64,000 nucleotides of DNA from Clostridiales bacterium (GTDB lineage: Bacteria > Bacillota > Peptococcia > DRI-13 > UBA5745): positions 1,658-65,657 of the forward strand of contig JBCFAO010000017.1 in assembly GCA_038562165.1 (NCBI GenBank). The letters run 5' to 3'. Positions within the stretch are counted from its first letter, which is position 1; every line of letters starts with the position of its first letter. The notes beneath the pieces are model-generated. The model was not told the origin of the DNA. It searched no databases and worked only from the letters and a program-made list of their open reading frames with translations. Shown here in pieces: positions 18,713 through 26,634 of the stretch. The translations under genes and the position numbers were made by a program.

Positions 18713-19408
18713 ATGACCAATACCGTTCTTGTTGTGGATGATGAGCGCGAAATTGCTGATTTAATTGAGGTGTATCTGTGCAATGAGAATTATCAGGTGC
18801 TCAAGTTTTACTGCATAAAGGATGCTCAGCAGTCCATAGATACCCAAAGGATCGATCTGGCCATTTTAGATGTAATGCTGCCTGATGGCAGTGGCTTTAA
18901 CTTTTGCCAAAAAATAAGAGAGAAGCATGCTTTCCCAATTATTATGCTGACGGCTAAGGAAGAAGAAACGGATAAAATAACGGGCCTTACTCTGGGCGCC
19001 GACGATTATATTACCAAACCCTTTAAGCCCCTTGAGCTGGTTGCCCGGGTAAAGGCTCAACTGCGCAGATATAAAAAATATAATTCCTCTTCCCCGGTAT
19101 GCGACCATGTATTGGTACAGGGCGGGCTGGAGATTAACGTAAGCACTCACCAATGTACTCTCGATGAAAGGCTGATTCCCCTTACGCCCACGGAGTTTAC
19201 CATTTTAAGAATCCTCTGTGAAGAAAAGGGTAAAGTCGTAAGCTCGGAAGCTCTCTTTTATAAGATTTGGGGCAACGAATATTTTACGAAGAACAGCAAT
19301 ACGATCACCACTCATATCCGGCATCTGCGGGAAAAGCTGGGCGACAGCGGGACGCACCCCAAATATATCAAAACAGTATGGGGGGTAGGCTACAAAATTG
19401 AAGGATAA
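18713..19408 (+). CDS. vanR: OmpR-family response regulator, VanR-type
   Basis: Long stretches match my recollection of enterococcal VanR (IADLIEVYL, ITGLTLGADDYITKPF, ELVARVKAQLRRYKK, LTPTEFTILRILCE, KYIKTVWGVGYKIE). Confidence 0.8.
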   Translation: MTNTVLVVDDEREIADLIEVYLCNENYQVLKFYCIKDAQQSIDTQRIDLAILDVMLPDGSGFNFCQKIREKHAFPIIMLTAKEEETDKITGLTLGADDYITKPFKPLELVARVKAQLRRYKKYNSSSPVCDHVLVQGGLEINVSTHQCTLDERLIPLTPTEFTILRILCEEKGKVVSSEALFYKIWGNEYFTKNSNTITTHIRHLREKLGDSGTHPKYIKTVWGVGYKIEG

Positions 19409-20522
19409 AAAACTGTGGCGAAAGCCTTATTACAAACTGATACGCAAAGTCTTTGGGCAAGTGCTCTTGCTTGCTTTTTTTTCTTGCGTAGCTATTCTGC
19501 TGATCCGGTCTCTGGGGCGGGGCTATATCGGCAATATGATAACAAAAGGGATTGTCAGATTTTATCAAGTGGACTGGGACGCTGCAAAATATATATACTA
19601 TGATACTGTGCGGCAAAATATCGACTATATTATTCTGGGCACAATGATTATTTTTTTTCTGCTGCTGATTCGGCTGCTGTTATCCTGGTTCATGAAATAC
19701 TTTGATGAGATTATCGGCGGCGTCAATGCCCTGGCCGGCGGGGAGAAAAGACAAATTGTGATGTCCCCGGAGCTGGGTTTTGTGTCAGCTCAGCTCAACA
19801 AGGTAAATGATCAGCTGATCCGCAGCGCCGAAGCTAAACGAGAGGCGGAAAAACGCAAAAATGACCTGGTGGTTTATCTGGCTCATGACATAAAGACGCC
19901 CCTTACCTCGGTTATCGGCTATTTAAGCCTCTTGGATGAAAGCCCCCAGTTGCCGGCAGACCAGAGGCAGAAATATATTCAAATCGCATTAACCAAGGCC
20001 CAGCGTCTGGAATGCCTGGTAAGCGAATTCTTTGAAATAACCCGGTACAATCTCCAGGATGTGCCGCTGCAGAAAAAGAGCATTAACCTAAGCTATATGA
20101 TGGAACAGATTGTGGATGAAGCTTATCCCCAGCTTTCTAAAAACGGGAAAACTGCGGCCATCAATATTCCGGAAGAATTAACGGTATACGCCGATTCGGA
20201 TAAGCTGGCCAGAGTTTTTAACAACATCTTCAAAAATGCCATTGCTTATAGTGAGGCGGGAAGCGTAATTGAGATTAGCGGAGAGCTGGATACGGAAAAT
20301 ACGGTGATCCATTTTAAGAATGAGGGAGCAATTCCCCGAAGCGAATTGGATACCATATTTGAAAAATTCTACCGCCTGGATGACGCCCGGCAAACGGCCA
20401 CAGGCAATGCGGGGCTTGGTCTTGCCATTGCCAGGGATATTGTGGCATTGCACGGCGGCACAATAACGGCCGTGAGCCATAAAAATCAGACGGTATTTAC
20501 CGTTATGCTGCCCAAGCTTTAA
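19398..20522 (+). CDS. vanS: sensor histidine kinase, VanS-type
   Basis: Matches recalled VanS strings (RKNDLVVYLAHDIKTPLTSVIGYLSLLDE, FFEITRYNLQ, DKLARVFNNIFKNAIAYS, FEKFYRLDDAR). TTG start overlaps the vanR end. Confidence 0.8.
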   Translation: MKDKKLWRKPYYKLIRKVFGQVLLLAFFSCVAILLIRSLGRGYIGNMITKGIVRFYQVDWDAAKYIYYDTVRQNIDYIILGTMIIFFLLLIRLLLSWFMKYFDEIIGGVNALAGGEKRQIVMSPELGFVSAQLNKVNDQLIRSAEAKREAEKRKNDLVVYLAHDIKTPLTSVIGYLSLLDESPQLPADQRQKYIQIALTKAQRLECLVSEFFEITRYNLQDVPLQKKSINLSYMMEQIVDEAYPQLSKNGKTAAINIPEELTVYADSDKLARVFNNIFKNAIAYSEAGSVIEISGELDTENTVIHFKNEGAIPRSELDTIFEKFYRLDDARQTATGNAGLGLAIARDIVALHGGTITAVSHKNQTVFTVMLPKL

Positions 20523-20590
20523 TTTGTACAAGTTCTCTATGTTTTCTCAATAAATTCTTAAGAAAGCAACCCTTTAATCATAAAACATAC

Positions 20591-20633
20591 AAACTCCTTT
20601 CCCGCTACAATCCAAGTGTCAGGAAAGGAGTTT
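20591..20633 (+). promoter_or_regulatory. hairpin able to sequester the SD of the downstream gene
   Basis: Perfect 12-bp inverted repeat AAACTCCTTTCC (20591-20602) / GGAAAGGAGTTT (20622-20633). The right arm contains the SD, 4 nt before ATG 20637. Confidence 0.45.
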
Positions 20634-20636
20634 TTT

Positions 20637-21410
20637 ATGATGCGTTATGCCGGGGAGGATTCCCCAATGCCTTTTGTACCCAACCATGGCAAGAGTTTAA
20701 ACATCACCACTAATTATGGCGTATTTGCACGCTATCCGGTTAAAACCCATGTAATTATGGCCTCGGATTCTTTGCGGCCGGTGCTGGATCATTACCTTGC
20801 GCCCTATTTGCAGCCGGGCGATTATGTATTTATCAGCGAGAAAATAGTAGCCATCACCCAAGGCCGGGCTTTTCCTGTGGAGGAAATTAAGCCGGGCCGG
20901 TGGGCTAAGATTCTGTCCTCATTTGTCCAGAAATCCGCCCACGGCATTGGGCTGGGCATGCCTTGCACCATGGAACTGGCCATCCGGGAAATTGGCTTGC
21001 TAAAAATCCTTTTTGCGGCAGTGTGCTCCGCTGTCACCAAACTGTTTGGCATTCACGGCGTATTTTATCGAATTTTGGGAGAGCAAGCCCGGGCCATTGA
21101 CGGCCCTTGCGATTATACCATACCGCCATATAACCGCTATGCCAAGCTGGCCCCCAGCCGGCCCAATGAAGCGGCTAAAGAACTGGCCGCCCATATTGGC
21201 GCAAAGATTGTAATTATTGACGCCAATGATCTGGGCGTAGAGGTTCTGGGCCGTTCTCATCCCGATGAGATTGATATTGATTTCTGTAAAGAAGTGTTTG
21301 GGGACAACCCCCTGGGCCAAGGCGCCGAGCAGACGCCTATTTGTATCCTGCGTAAAGCCTGGCAGGAGGATGCAGAGCCTCCTAGTCTTGAATCCTGCTC
21401 ATGCGGTTGA
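20637..21410 (+). CDS. CofE-like (F420-0:gamma-glutamyl ligase family fold) protein of unknown role
   Basis: Contains GDYVFISEKIVAITQGRAF, IVIIDANDLG and a C-terminal GQGAEQTPICILRK, which resemble CofE-family blocks. This is a weak, motif-level assignment. Confidence 0.4.
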   Translation: MMRYAGEDSPMPFVPNHGKSLNITTNYGVFARYPVKTHVIMASDSLRPVLDHYLAPYLQPGDYVFISEKIVAITQGRAFPVEEIKPGRWAKILSSFVQKSAHGIGLGMPCTMELAIREIGLLKILFAAVCSAVTKLFGIHGVFYRILGEQARAIDGPCDYTIPPYNRYAKLAPSRPNEAAKELAAHIGAKIVIIDANDLGVEVLGRSHPDEIDIDFCKEVFGDNPLGQGAEQTPICILRKAWQEDAEPPSLESCSCG

Positions 21411-23088
21411 CGGCGGAAATCAGGGCCCGCAGGGAAGCCTTCCGGATATCCCGGGAGGTGCCGGCGCCAAAACGGCTGCGGCCCTGTTTATCCCTTAACT
21501 GGATGTAAGCCACGGCCCGGGAATCGGAGCCGCTGCTTAAGGCATGCTGGTCATAAGAAAGGAAGTCGTAGTCGGCGGCGCCCAGGGTTTTCAGAGCGTC
21601 GTAGAGAGCGTCAATCGGCCCGTTGCCCTTGCCCTCTGCCTCTTTGGCTTCTCCATTATAGTTGATGATGCCGCTGAAATGGACTTCATTGTCTTCTTCG
21701 TCGGCCTCGTTGAGATAAGCGGTACGGAAGGATTTCAGCTCATAGGGCCCCTGGGGCCGGACAAATTCCTCGGAGAAAATCGCCAGCAGGGTCTCGCCGT
21801 TGATTTCCAGATCATCTCTGTCAGCCCTGTCCCTGATCATCTGGCCCAATTCCGGCAGCATAGCTTTTGGAATTTTATAGCCAAAAAGGTTTTCCAGAAT
21901 AAAGCCGGCGCTGGCCCGGGCGGAATGACTGTTGATACGGAGGATGGGTTCGTATTGCCGGCCTACATCGGCGGGATCCAGAGGCAAATAGGGCACTTGC
22001 CAGCCGGTCAGCCGCCGTTTTTTGCGTTGGCTGAGGGCGTTGAGAATAGCTTCCTGCTGAGCGCCGGTAAAAGCGGTATAGACCAGTTCGCCGGCATATG
22101 GATGACGGGGGCTTACCGGCAGATGGGCGGCTTTTTGATAGACCTGCCGCAGGTTGTTGATATCGCTGAAATCTAAACCGGGATTGATGCCTTGGCTATA
22201 AAGATTAAGAGACAGGGTCATCAGGTCGGCGTTGCCGGCCCGGGGCCCGTTGCCAAATAAAGAACCTTCTATGCGCTCAGCTCCGGCCAGCATAGCCAGT
22301 TCGGCGGCAGCCACCGCCGAGCCCCGGTCATTGGAAGGGCGAACGCTAAGGATAAAGCGGTTGCGGTTGCGGATGTTTTGGCAGAACCCCTCGATTTGAT
22401 CCGCATAATGATTGGGCGTGCACCTTTCAACGGTGGCCGGCAGGCCGAGGATAACGGGCTGGACCGCCTCAGCTTCAAGAACGTCCAGCACCTCTTCCGC
22501 AATACGCAAAGCAAAGGCCGGCTCCGCCTCGGTGAAGCCTTCCAAAGAATAAGCATAGGTCAGCTTCAGCCCTTTTTGCCGGGCTTCCCGGCCCAGGCCA
22601 TGAATCTGACCGGCACAGGCCCTGGCTGCAGCCAGGATAGCCTCTTGACCGCCGCTATCGCCCGGTTCCCAGGGTGAAGGATTGATGTTGCCGCTAAAAT
22701 GGAAAATCACCCGGGGGGCTCCTGCGATAGCCTGATAGGTTTTGACAATCAAGCTTTCCGTGCAGGGGCTTGTTACCTGTAAGGCAACATCGGCGGGAAT
22801 CAACTGCTGATCGATCAGATGGCGCAAAAAGGCATGATCCGAAGGGTCTGCTCCGGGAGAACCTACCTCAATTTCCTTAAAGCCAATTTTGGTAAGGAGA
22901 TGAAAGAGATCCACCTTTTCCTCCAGACTCATGGCAATGGGTAAGGCTTGGCTGCCATCGCTTAGATCTAGGCTGCACCAGAGGGGGGCCTGGCTGATGG
23001 TTTGGGAAGGCCAGGTGCGGCCCGGCAGGTCTGCCGGTATACAAGGGCTGTATTTTTGGGAAGGATCATTGAAACCGCTGGCTGACAT
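21382..23088 (-). CDS. long-form 2-isopropylmalate-synthase (LeuA) homologue with substituted catalytic residues
   Basis: Collinear with actinobacterial-type LeuA, including the C-terminal regulatory domain (GNGPIDALYDAL). LRDGNQ is replaced by LSDGSQ, HPHNDRG by RPSNDRG, GNGERTGN by GNGPRAGN, and SGSHQDA by TGAQQEA. Start at MSASGF, preceded by AAAGGGGG. Confidence 0.8.
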   Translation of the reverse strand: MSASGFNDPSQKYSPCIPADLPGRTWPSQTISQAPLWCSLDLSDGSQALPIAMSLEEKVDLFHLLTKIGFKEIEVGSPGADPSDHAFLRHLIDQQLIPADVALQVTSPCTESLIVKTYQAIAGAPRVIFHFSGNINPSPWEPGDSGGQEAILAAARACAGQIHGLGREARQKGLKLTYAYSLEGFTEAEPAFALRIAEEVLDVLEAEAVQPVILGLPATVERCTPNHYADQIEGFCQNIRNRNRFILSVRPSNDRGSAVAAAELAMLAGAERIEGSLFGNGPRAGNADLMTLSLNLYSQGINPGLDFSDINNLRQVYQKAAHLPVSPRHPYAGELVYTAFTGAQQEAILNALSQRKKRRLTGWQVPYLPLDPADVGRQYEPILRINSHSARASAGFILENLFGYKIPKAMLPELGQMIRDRADRDDLEINGETLLAIFSEEFVRPQGPYELKSFRTAYLNEADEEDNEVHFSGIINYNGEAKEAEGKGNGPIDALYDALKTLGAADYDFLSYDQHALSSGSDSRAVAYIQLRDKQGRSRFGAGTSRDIRKASLRALISAVNRMSRIQD

Positions 23089-23199
23089 AATCGGTACCCC
23101 CTTTAAAATAAAAGCCGTCAACTCTATCGTTTAGAGGAAATGTAGCATAATTCAGTCAATAACACAAGAAAAAAATTCAAAAAACAAGTAAATTTGATA

Positions 23200-23227
23200 T
23201 TGACTATCTTTGACTATATGATATAAT
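23200..23227 (+). promoter_or_regulatory. sigma-A promoter of hsp20
   Basis: TTGACT (23200-23205), a 16-nt spacer, then TATAAT (23222-23227). Confidence 0.55.
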
Positions 23228-23238
23228 GAAAACAGAAA

Positions 23239-23265
23239 TTAGCACTCGAAGTCATAGAGTGCTAA
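23239..23265 (+). promoter_or_regulatory. CIRCE operator (HrcA binding site)
   Basis: Perfect TTAGCACTC-N9-GAGTGCTAA between the promoter and the SD of hsp20. Confidence 0.85.
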
Positions 23266-23290
23266 AATAAAAGGCGAAGGAGTTGTTAAC

Positions 23291-23725
23291 ATGACTGGGC
23301 TTATTCCATTCAACAGAAGGGGAGATCTTTCCACGGACAGGTTGTTCAACATGATGGACGACTTCTTTAATGACACTTGGCTGTCGAGAAGGAGCCTGCT
23401 GAGTGATACATTTAAAGTGGACGTCAAGGAAAATGAAGGTGCTTACACGATAGAAGCGGATTTGCCGGGCGTGAAGAAAGAGGAAGTCAATCTGGAGCTT
23501 AATGAAGGCAGGCTGACTATTGCCGTTATCCGCAGTGAAGAGATCGAAGAGGAGAAGAAAGGTTACATCCACAGGGAAAGAAGGCAGTCCTCCATGCAGC
23601 GTTCCGTATACCTGGCTGACGCCGATAATGAAGGGGTGGAAGCTAAGCTGAATGATGGCGTGCTGACCGTTGTGATCCCCAAAAAACCTCAAATCGACTA
23701 CAAAAAGAGAATTGAAATCCAGTAA
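23291..23725 (+). CDS. Hsp20/alpha-crystallin family small heat-shock protein
   Basis: 144 aa with an alpha-crystallin domain (DVKENEGAYTIEADLPGVKKEEVNLELNEGRLTI ... AKLNDGVLTVVIPK). Confidence 0.9.
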   Translation: MTGLIPFNRRGDLSTDRLFNMMDDFFNDTWLSRRSLLSDTFKVDVKENEGAYTIEADLPGVKKEEVNLELNEGRLTIAVIRSEEIEEEKKGYIHRERRQSSMQRSVYLADADNEGVEAKLNDGVLTVVIPKKPQIDYKKRIEIQ

Positions 23726-23752
23726 AACCCCAACCCTCCTTAATAAAAAGGG

Positions 23753-23784
23753 CTGCCGCAGATTTTTTTGCGGCAGTCTTTTTT
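23753..23784 (+). terminator. rho-independent terminator of hsp20
   Basis: CTGCCGCA ... TGCGGCAG stem followed by TCTTTTTT. Confidence 0.75.
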
Positions 23785-23965
23785 GCGGTGGAGAGAGTTT
23801 TACTTCGCCAGTGGGGGAGAGCGGCCTGTTGGGGTTCAACTTTGCCACAGTCCTTTTGCAGCTTATTCACAGTGCTTTCACATCCTCTTCACATAAAAGG
23901 TCTAAACTGGAAATAGCGGAATTCATGCTTGACCGGCAGAGATAAATTTTATAGGAGGCATTGGC

Positions 23966-25930
23966 ATGGCAGTGAAGAAAAAGTGGCAGTGGTTACTGGT
24001 GATTTTAGTATTGGCGGCAGCGGCAGCAGGGAGTTATAAATTTTTGTATAAGGGGAATACGGCGGTGGCTGCCGCCCCTGCCGGCGCTGTGAGAACCAGC
24101 AGCGTAATTCGGGGCAGCATCAGCTCTATGGTTACCGGCAGCGGCTCCGTAGCCACTTCCAGAGAGCAGAGCCTTGCCGCTCCCGGGGCTTCCACCTTGC
24201 TGGAGGTTCATGTGGAAGACGGACAAAAGGTGGCAAAAGGCGATCTGCTTTTTGTACTGGATTGCCCCGAAGTGGAATCCTCCCAGCAGGCCCTGTCCCA
24301 ATATCAGTACCAGCTGGAAGAGTATTATGCCGCCCGGGAAGAATTACAGCGCCAAGCGGATAAGGACTATCTGATCACTTCTGTTGGGGCCAAGGCAGGA
24401 GAGAAACTGACAAAAAACAGTTCATTATTATCATTGCTGGATATCAGCTCCATGACTTTGCAGGTTCCGGCCGAGGACGGTGCGGCCTGGGGTGCGGGCC
24501 AGAGAGTCCAGGTATCTTTGCTGGAATACGGCAATACGGTAAACGGTACCCTGGCCGGCCAGCCTACTGCCGCCAGCAGCAACGGCATGGAATATCTGAC
24601 CTTTACGCTGGAGCTGGATAAAGGCCAGCGCATAGCAGGGGAGACCTATGGCCAGGCTTATAATCAGGATTTAGGCAGCCAGGCGGTGGTAATGCTTAAA
24701 CCAAACAGCGAAACATTGATTAAAGTGCCTGCCGACGGCTATCTTGATGAATTAAACGTGACGGAAGGAGAAATCGTCAAAGCCGGTACTTTGATGTATA
24801 GAATCAGCAGCACCAATCTGGAGTCGCAGATTTCCGAGGCCAATTCGGAAATGCAGGTGGCCATGGCTCAGCTCAAACAAAAGAAAACCACATTGACAGC
24901 AGATTTTGACGGTATATATTACGCGGCAGCCGACGGTTCCGGCCCTAAAAATACCTTCCTGCAAGTGGGGGACAGCCTGACGGCCAATGAAAGCCTGGGC
25001 AAGGTGGTAGATGGGGAAAGGATGCAAATCGTCTTTAATGTAGACGAGCTGGATATCGCTAAGGTGGAGGAGGGCCAGGAGGTCAAAGTGGTGGCCGACG
25101 CTTTGCCCGATAAAACATATACCGGACGGGTGGCCAGAATTGCCCAGGAAGGCTCCAGTTCCGGCAACGTAGCCTATTATTGGGTGCTGATCGAAGTGGC
25201 AGAATGGGATGGACTTAAAGTGGGCATGACCACCAGCCTGGAAATCGTGGTGGATCAGTCTGAGGACACCTTGATGGTACCCATTAATGCCGTTCATACG
25301 GTCAGGGGAGTTAAATATGTGATCCTGGCGGCGGATCAAAGCAATCCGGGAAGCAATGGGGCAGGCACTGCCGGGGCGGGAGGCCCAGGGGCAGGAGACT
25401 CCGGATCAGGAGCTGTCATGATCCGGGAAAAACCTGTTGAAGAGCAAAGCAGCAGCAGCGGACAAAGCAGCGGCAATGGGCAGAGCAGTAACGGGCCTGA
25501 AACGCCGAAGATGAACGGCGGCGGGAAGCAATCCGGTGACGGAGAGCAGCCCATCAGCGGCGAGCAACCTGCCAGCAACGAGCAACCTGCCAGCAACGAG
25601 CAACCTGCCAGCAGTGAGAGCCCTGCCAGCAGTGAGCAACCCACCAGCAGTGAGAGCCCTGCCAGCAGCGGGCAAGCCGGGGCAGCCGGCGGCCAGCAGC
25701 GGTCCTTGCAGTTGCCGGAGCGGGCCGTCATTGTGGAGACTGGCATCATCAACGATACTCATGTTGAAATCCTTTCCGGCTTGGAGGAAGGCCAAATTGT
25801 CGAGGTGACCGGTACCGCCGCCACCAATAGCACGGGGCAAAACTTCATGATGATGGGGCCCGGCGGCGGCATGGGCGCCGTAACGGTCACTACCTCGGGC
25901 CCCAGGCCCGGTGGCGGCGGCATTCGCTGA
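23966..25930 (+). CDS. HlyD/MacA-type periplasmic adaptor with a long Gly/Ser/Pro/Gln-rich insertion
   Basis: N-terminal TM segment, then lipoyl-like and beta-barrel adaptor segments (GDLLFVLD, YTGRVARIAQEG, VGMTTSLEIVV). About 110 aa of low complexity lie near the C-terminus. ABC genes follow. Confidence 0.75.
   Translation: MAVKKKWQWLLVILVLAAAAAGSYKFLYKGNTAVAAAPAGAVRTSSVIRGSISSMVTGSGSVATSREQSLAAPGASTLLEVHVEDGQKVAKGDLLFVLDCPEVESSQQALSQYQYQLEEYYAAREELQRQADKDYLITSVGAKAGEKLTKNSSLLSLLDISSMTLQVPAEDGAAWGAGQRVQVSLLEYGNTVNGTLAGQPTAASSNGMEYLTFTLELDKGQRIAGETYGQAYNQDLGSQAVVMLKPNSETLIKVPADGYLDELNVTEGEIVKAGTLMYRISSTNLESQISEANSEMQVAMAQLKQKKTTLTADFDGIYYAAADGSGPKNTFLQVGDSLTANESLGKVVDGERMQIVFNVDELDIAKVEEGQEVKVVADALPDKTYTGRVARIAQEGSSSGNVAYYWVLIEVAEWDGLKVGMTTSLEIVVDQSEDTLMVPINAVHTVRGVKYVILAADQSNPGSNGAGTAGAGGPGAGDSGSGAVMIREKPVEEQSSSSGQSSGNGQSSNGPETPKMNGGGKQSGDGEQPISGEQPASNEQPASNEQPASSESPASSEQPTSSESPASSGQAGAAGGQQRSLQLPERAVIVETGIINDTHVEILSGLEEGQIVEVTGTAATNSTGQNFMMMGPGGGMGAVTVTTSGPRPGGGGIR
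25544..25669 (+). repeat. in-frame 18-bp tandem repeat (about 7 units) encoding (E/S)(Q/S)P(A/T)S(N/S)
   Basis: GAGCAACCTGCCAGCAAC recurs head-to-tail with point variants. The translation reads GEQPISGEQPASNEQPASNEQPASSESPASSEQPTSSESPASS. Confidence 0.85.
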
Positions 25931-25944
25931 AAGGAGGGTAAAAC

Positions 25945-26634
25945 ATGAGCCTTCTGGAAATGAAAAATATCAGCAAGGTTTATCAAATGGGTAAAGAGGA
26001 GCTCTACGCTTTGAAGGATGTTTCCCTGGAGGTGGCAGAAGGAGAGTTTGTGGCTATCATCGGGCCTTCCGGTTCCGGCAAGTCCACGCTGATGAACCTC
26101 ATCGGCTGCCTGGATGTTCCCACAGCCGGCAGCTACAAGCTGGACGGCAAGGATGTATCGGATCTGAGCGGCGATCAACAGGCGGCCATTCGCAATGAAA
26201 AAATCGGCTTCATTTTTCAGGGCTTTAATCTGCTGCCGAAATTGACTGCCCTGGAAAACGTGGAGCTGCCCCTGCTTTACCGCAACATCCCTGCCGACCA
26301 GCGGCGGCGGCATGCCCTTGAGGCTTTAGAAAAAGTAGGGCTTGCGGACAGATCGGGACATAAGCCCGCCGAGCTGTCGGGAGGTCAGCAGCAGCGGGTG
26401 GCCATTGCCCGGGCTCTGGCCGGCAGCCCCCCGATTTTGCTGGCCGATGAGCCCATCGGCAATCTGGACAGCAAGTCCGGCAGAGAGGTAACGGACTTGA
26501 TGCATAGGCTCCATCAGCAAGGCCACACCATTATACTGATCACCCATAACCAGGATCAGGCCAATGAAGCCCAAAGAAAAATTGCTATATACGATGGCAA
26601 TATCTTATCTGATGAGAAGGTGATTCAAAGGTGA
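25945..26634 (+). CDS. ABC transporter ATP-binding protein (MacB/LolD/FtsE-like)
   Basis: Walker A GPSGSGKST, signature [15 protein letters not shown], Walker B ILLADEP. Confidence 0.9.
   Translation: MSLLEMKNISKVYQMGKEELYALKDVSLEVAEGEFVAIIGPSGSGKSTLMNLIGCLDVPTAGSYKLDGKDVSDLSGDQQAAIRNEKIGFIFQGFNLLPKLTALENVELPLLYRNIPADQRRRHALEALEKVGLADRSGHKPAELSGGQQQRVAIARALAGSPPILLADEPIGNLDSKSGREVTDLMHRLHQQGHTIILITHNQDQANEAQRKIAIYDGNILSDEKVIQR

Noticed and set aside
18713-21410. A vancomycin-resistance (van) operon.
   Set aside because: Only the regulatory pair resembles VanRS. No dehydrogenase, ligase, dipeptidase or carboxypeptidase resistance genes follow, so no resistance phenotype should be inferred.
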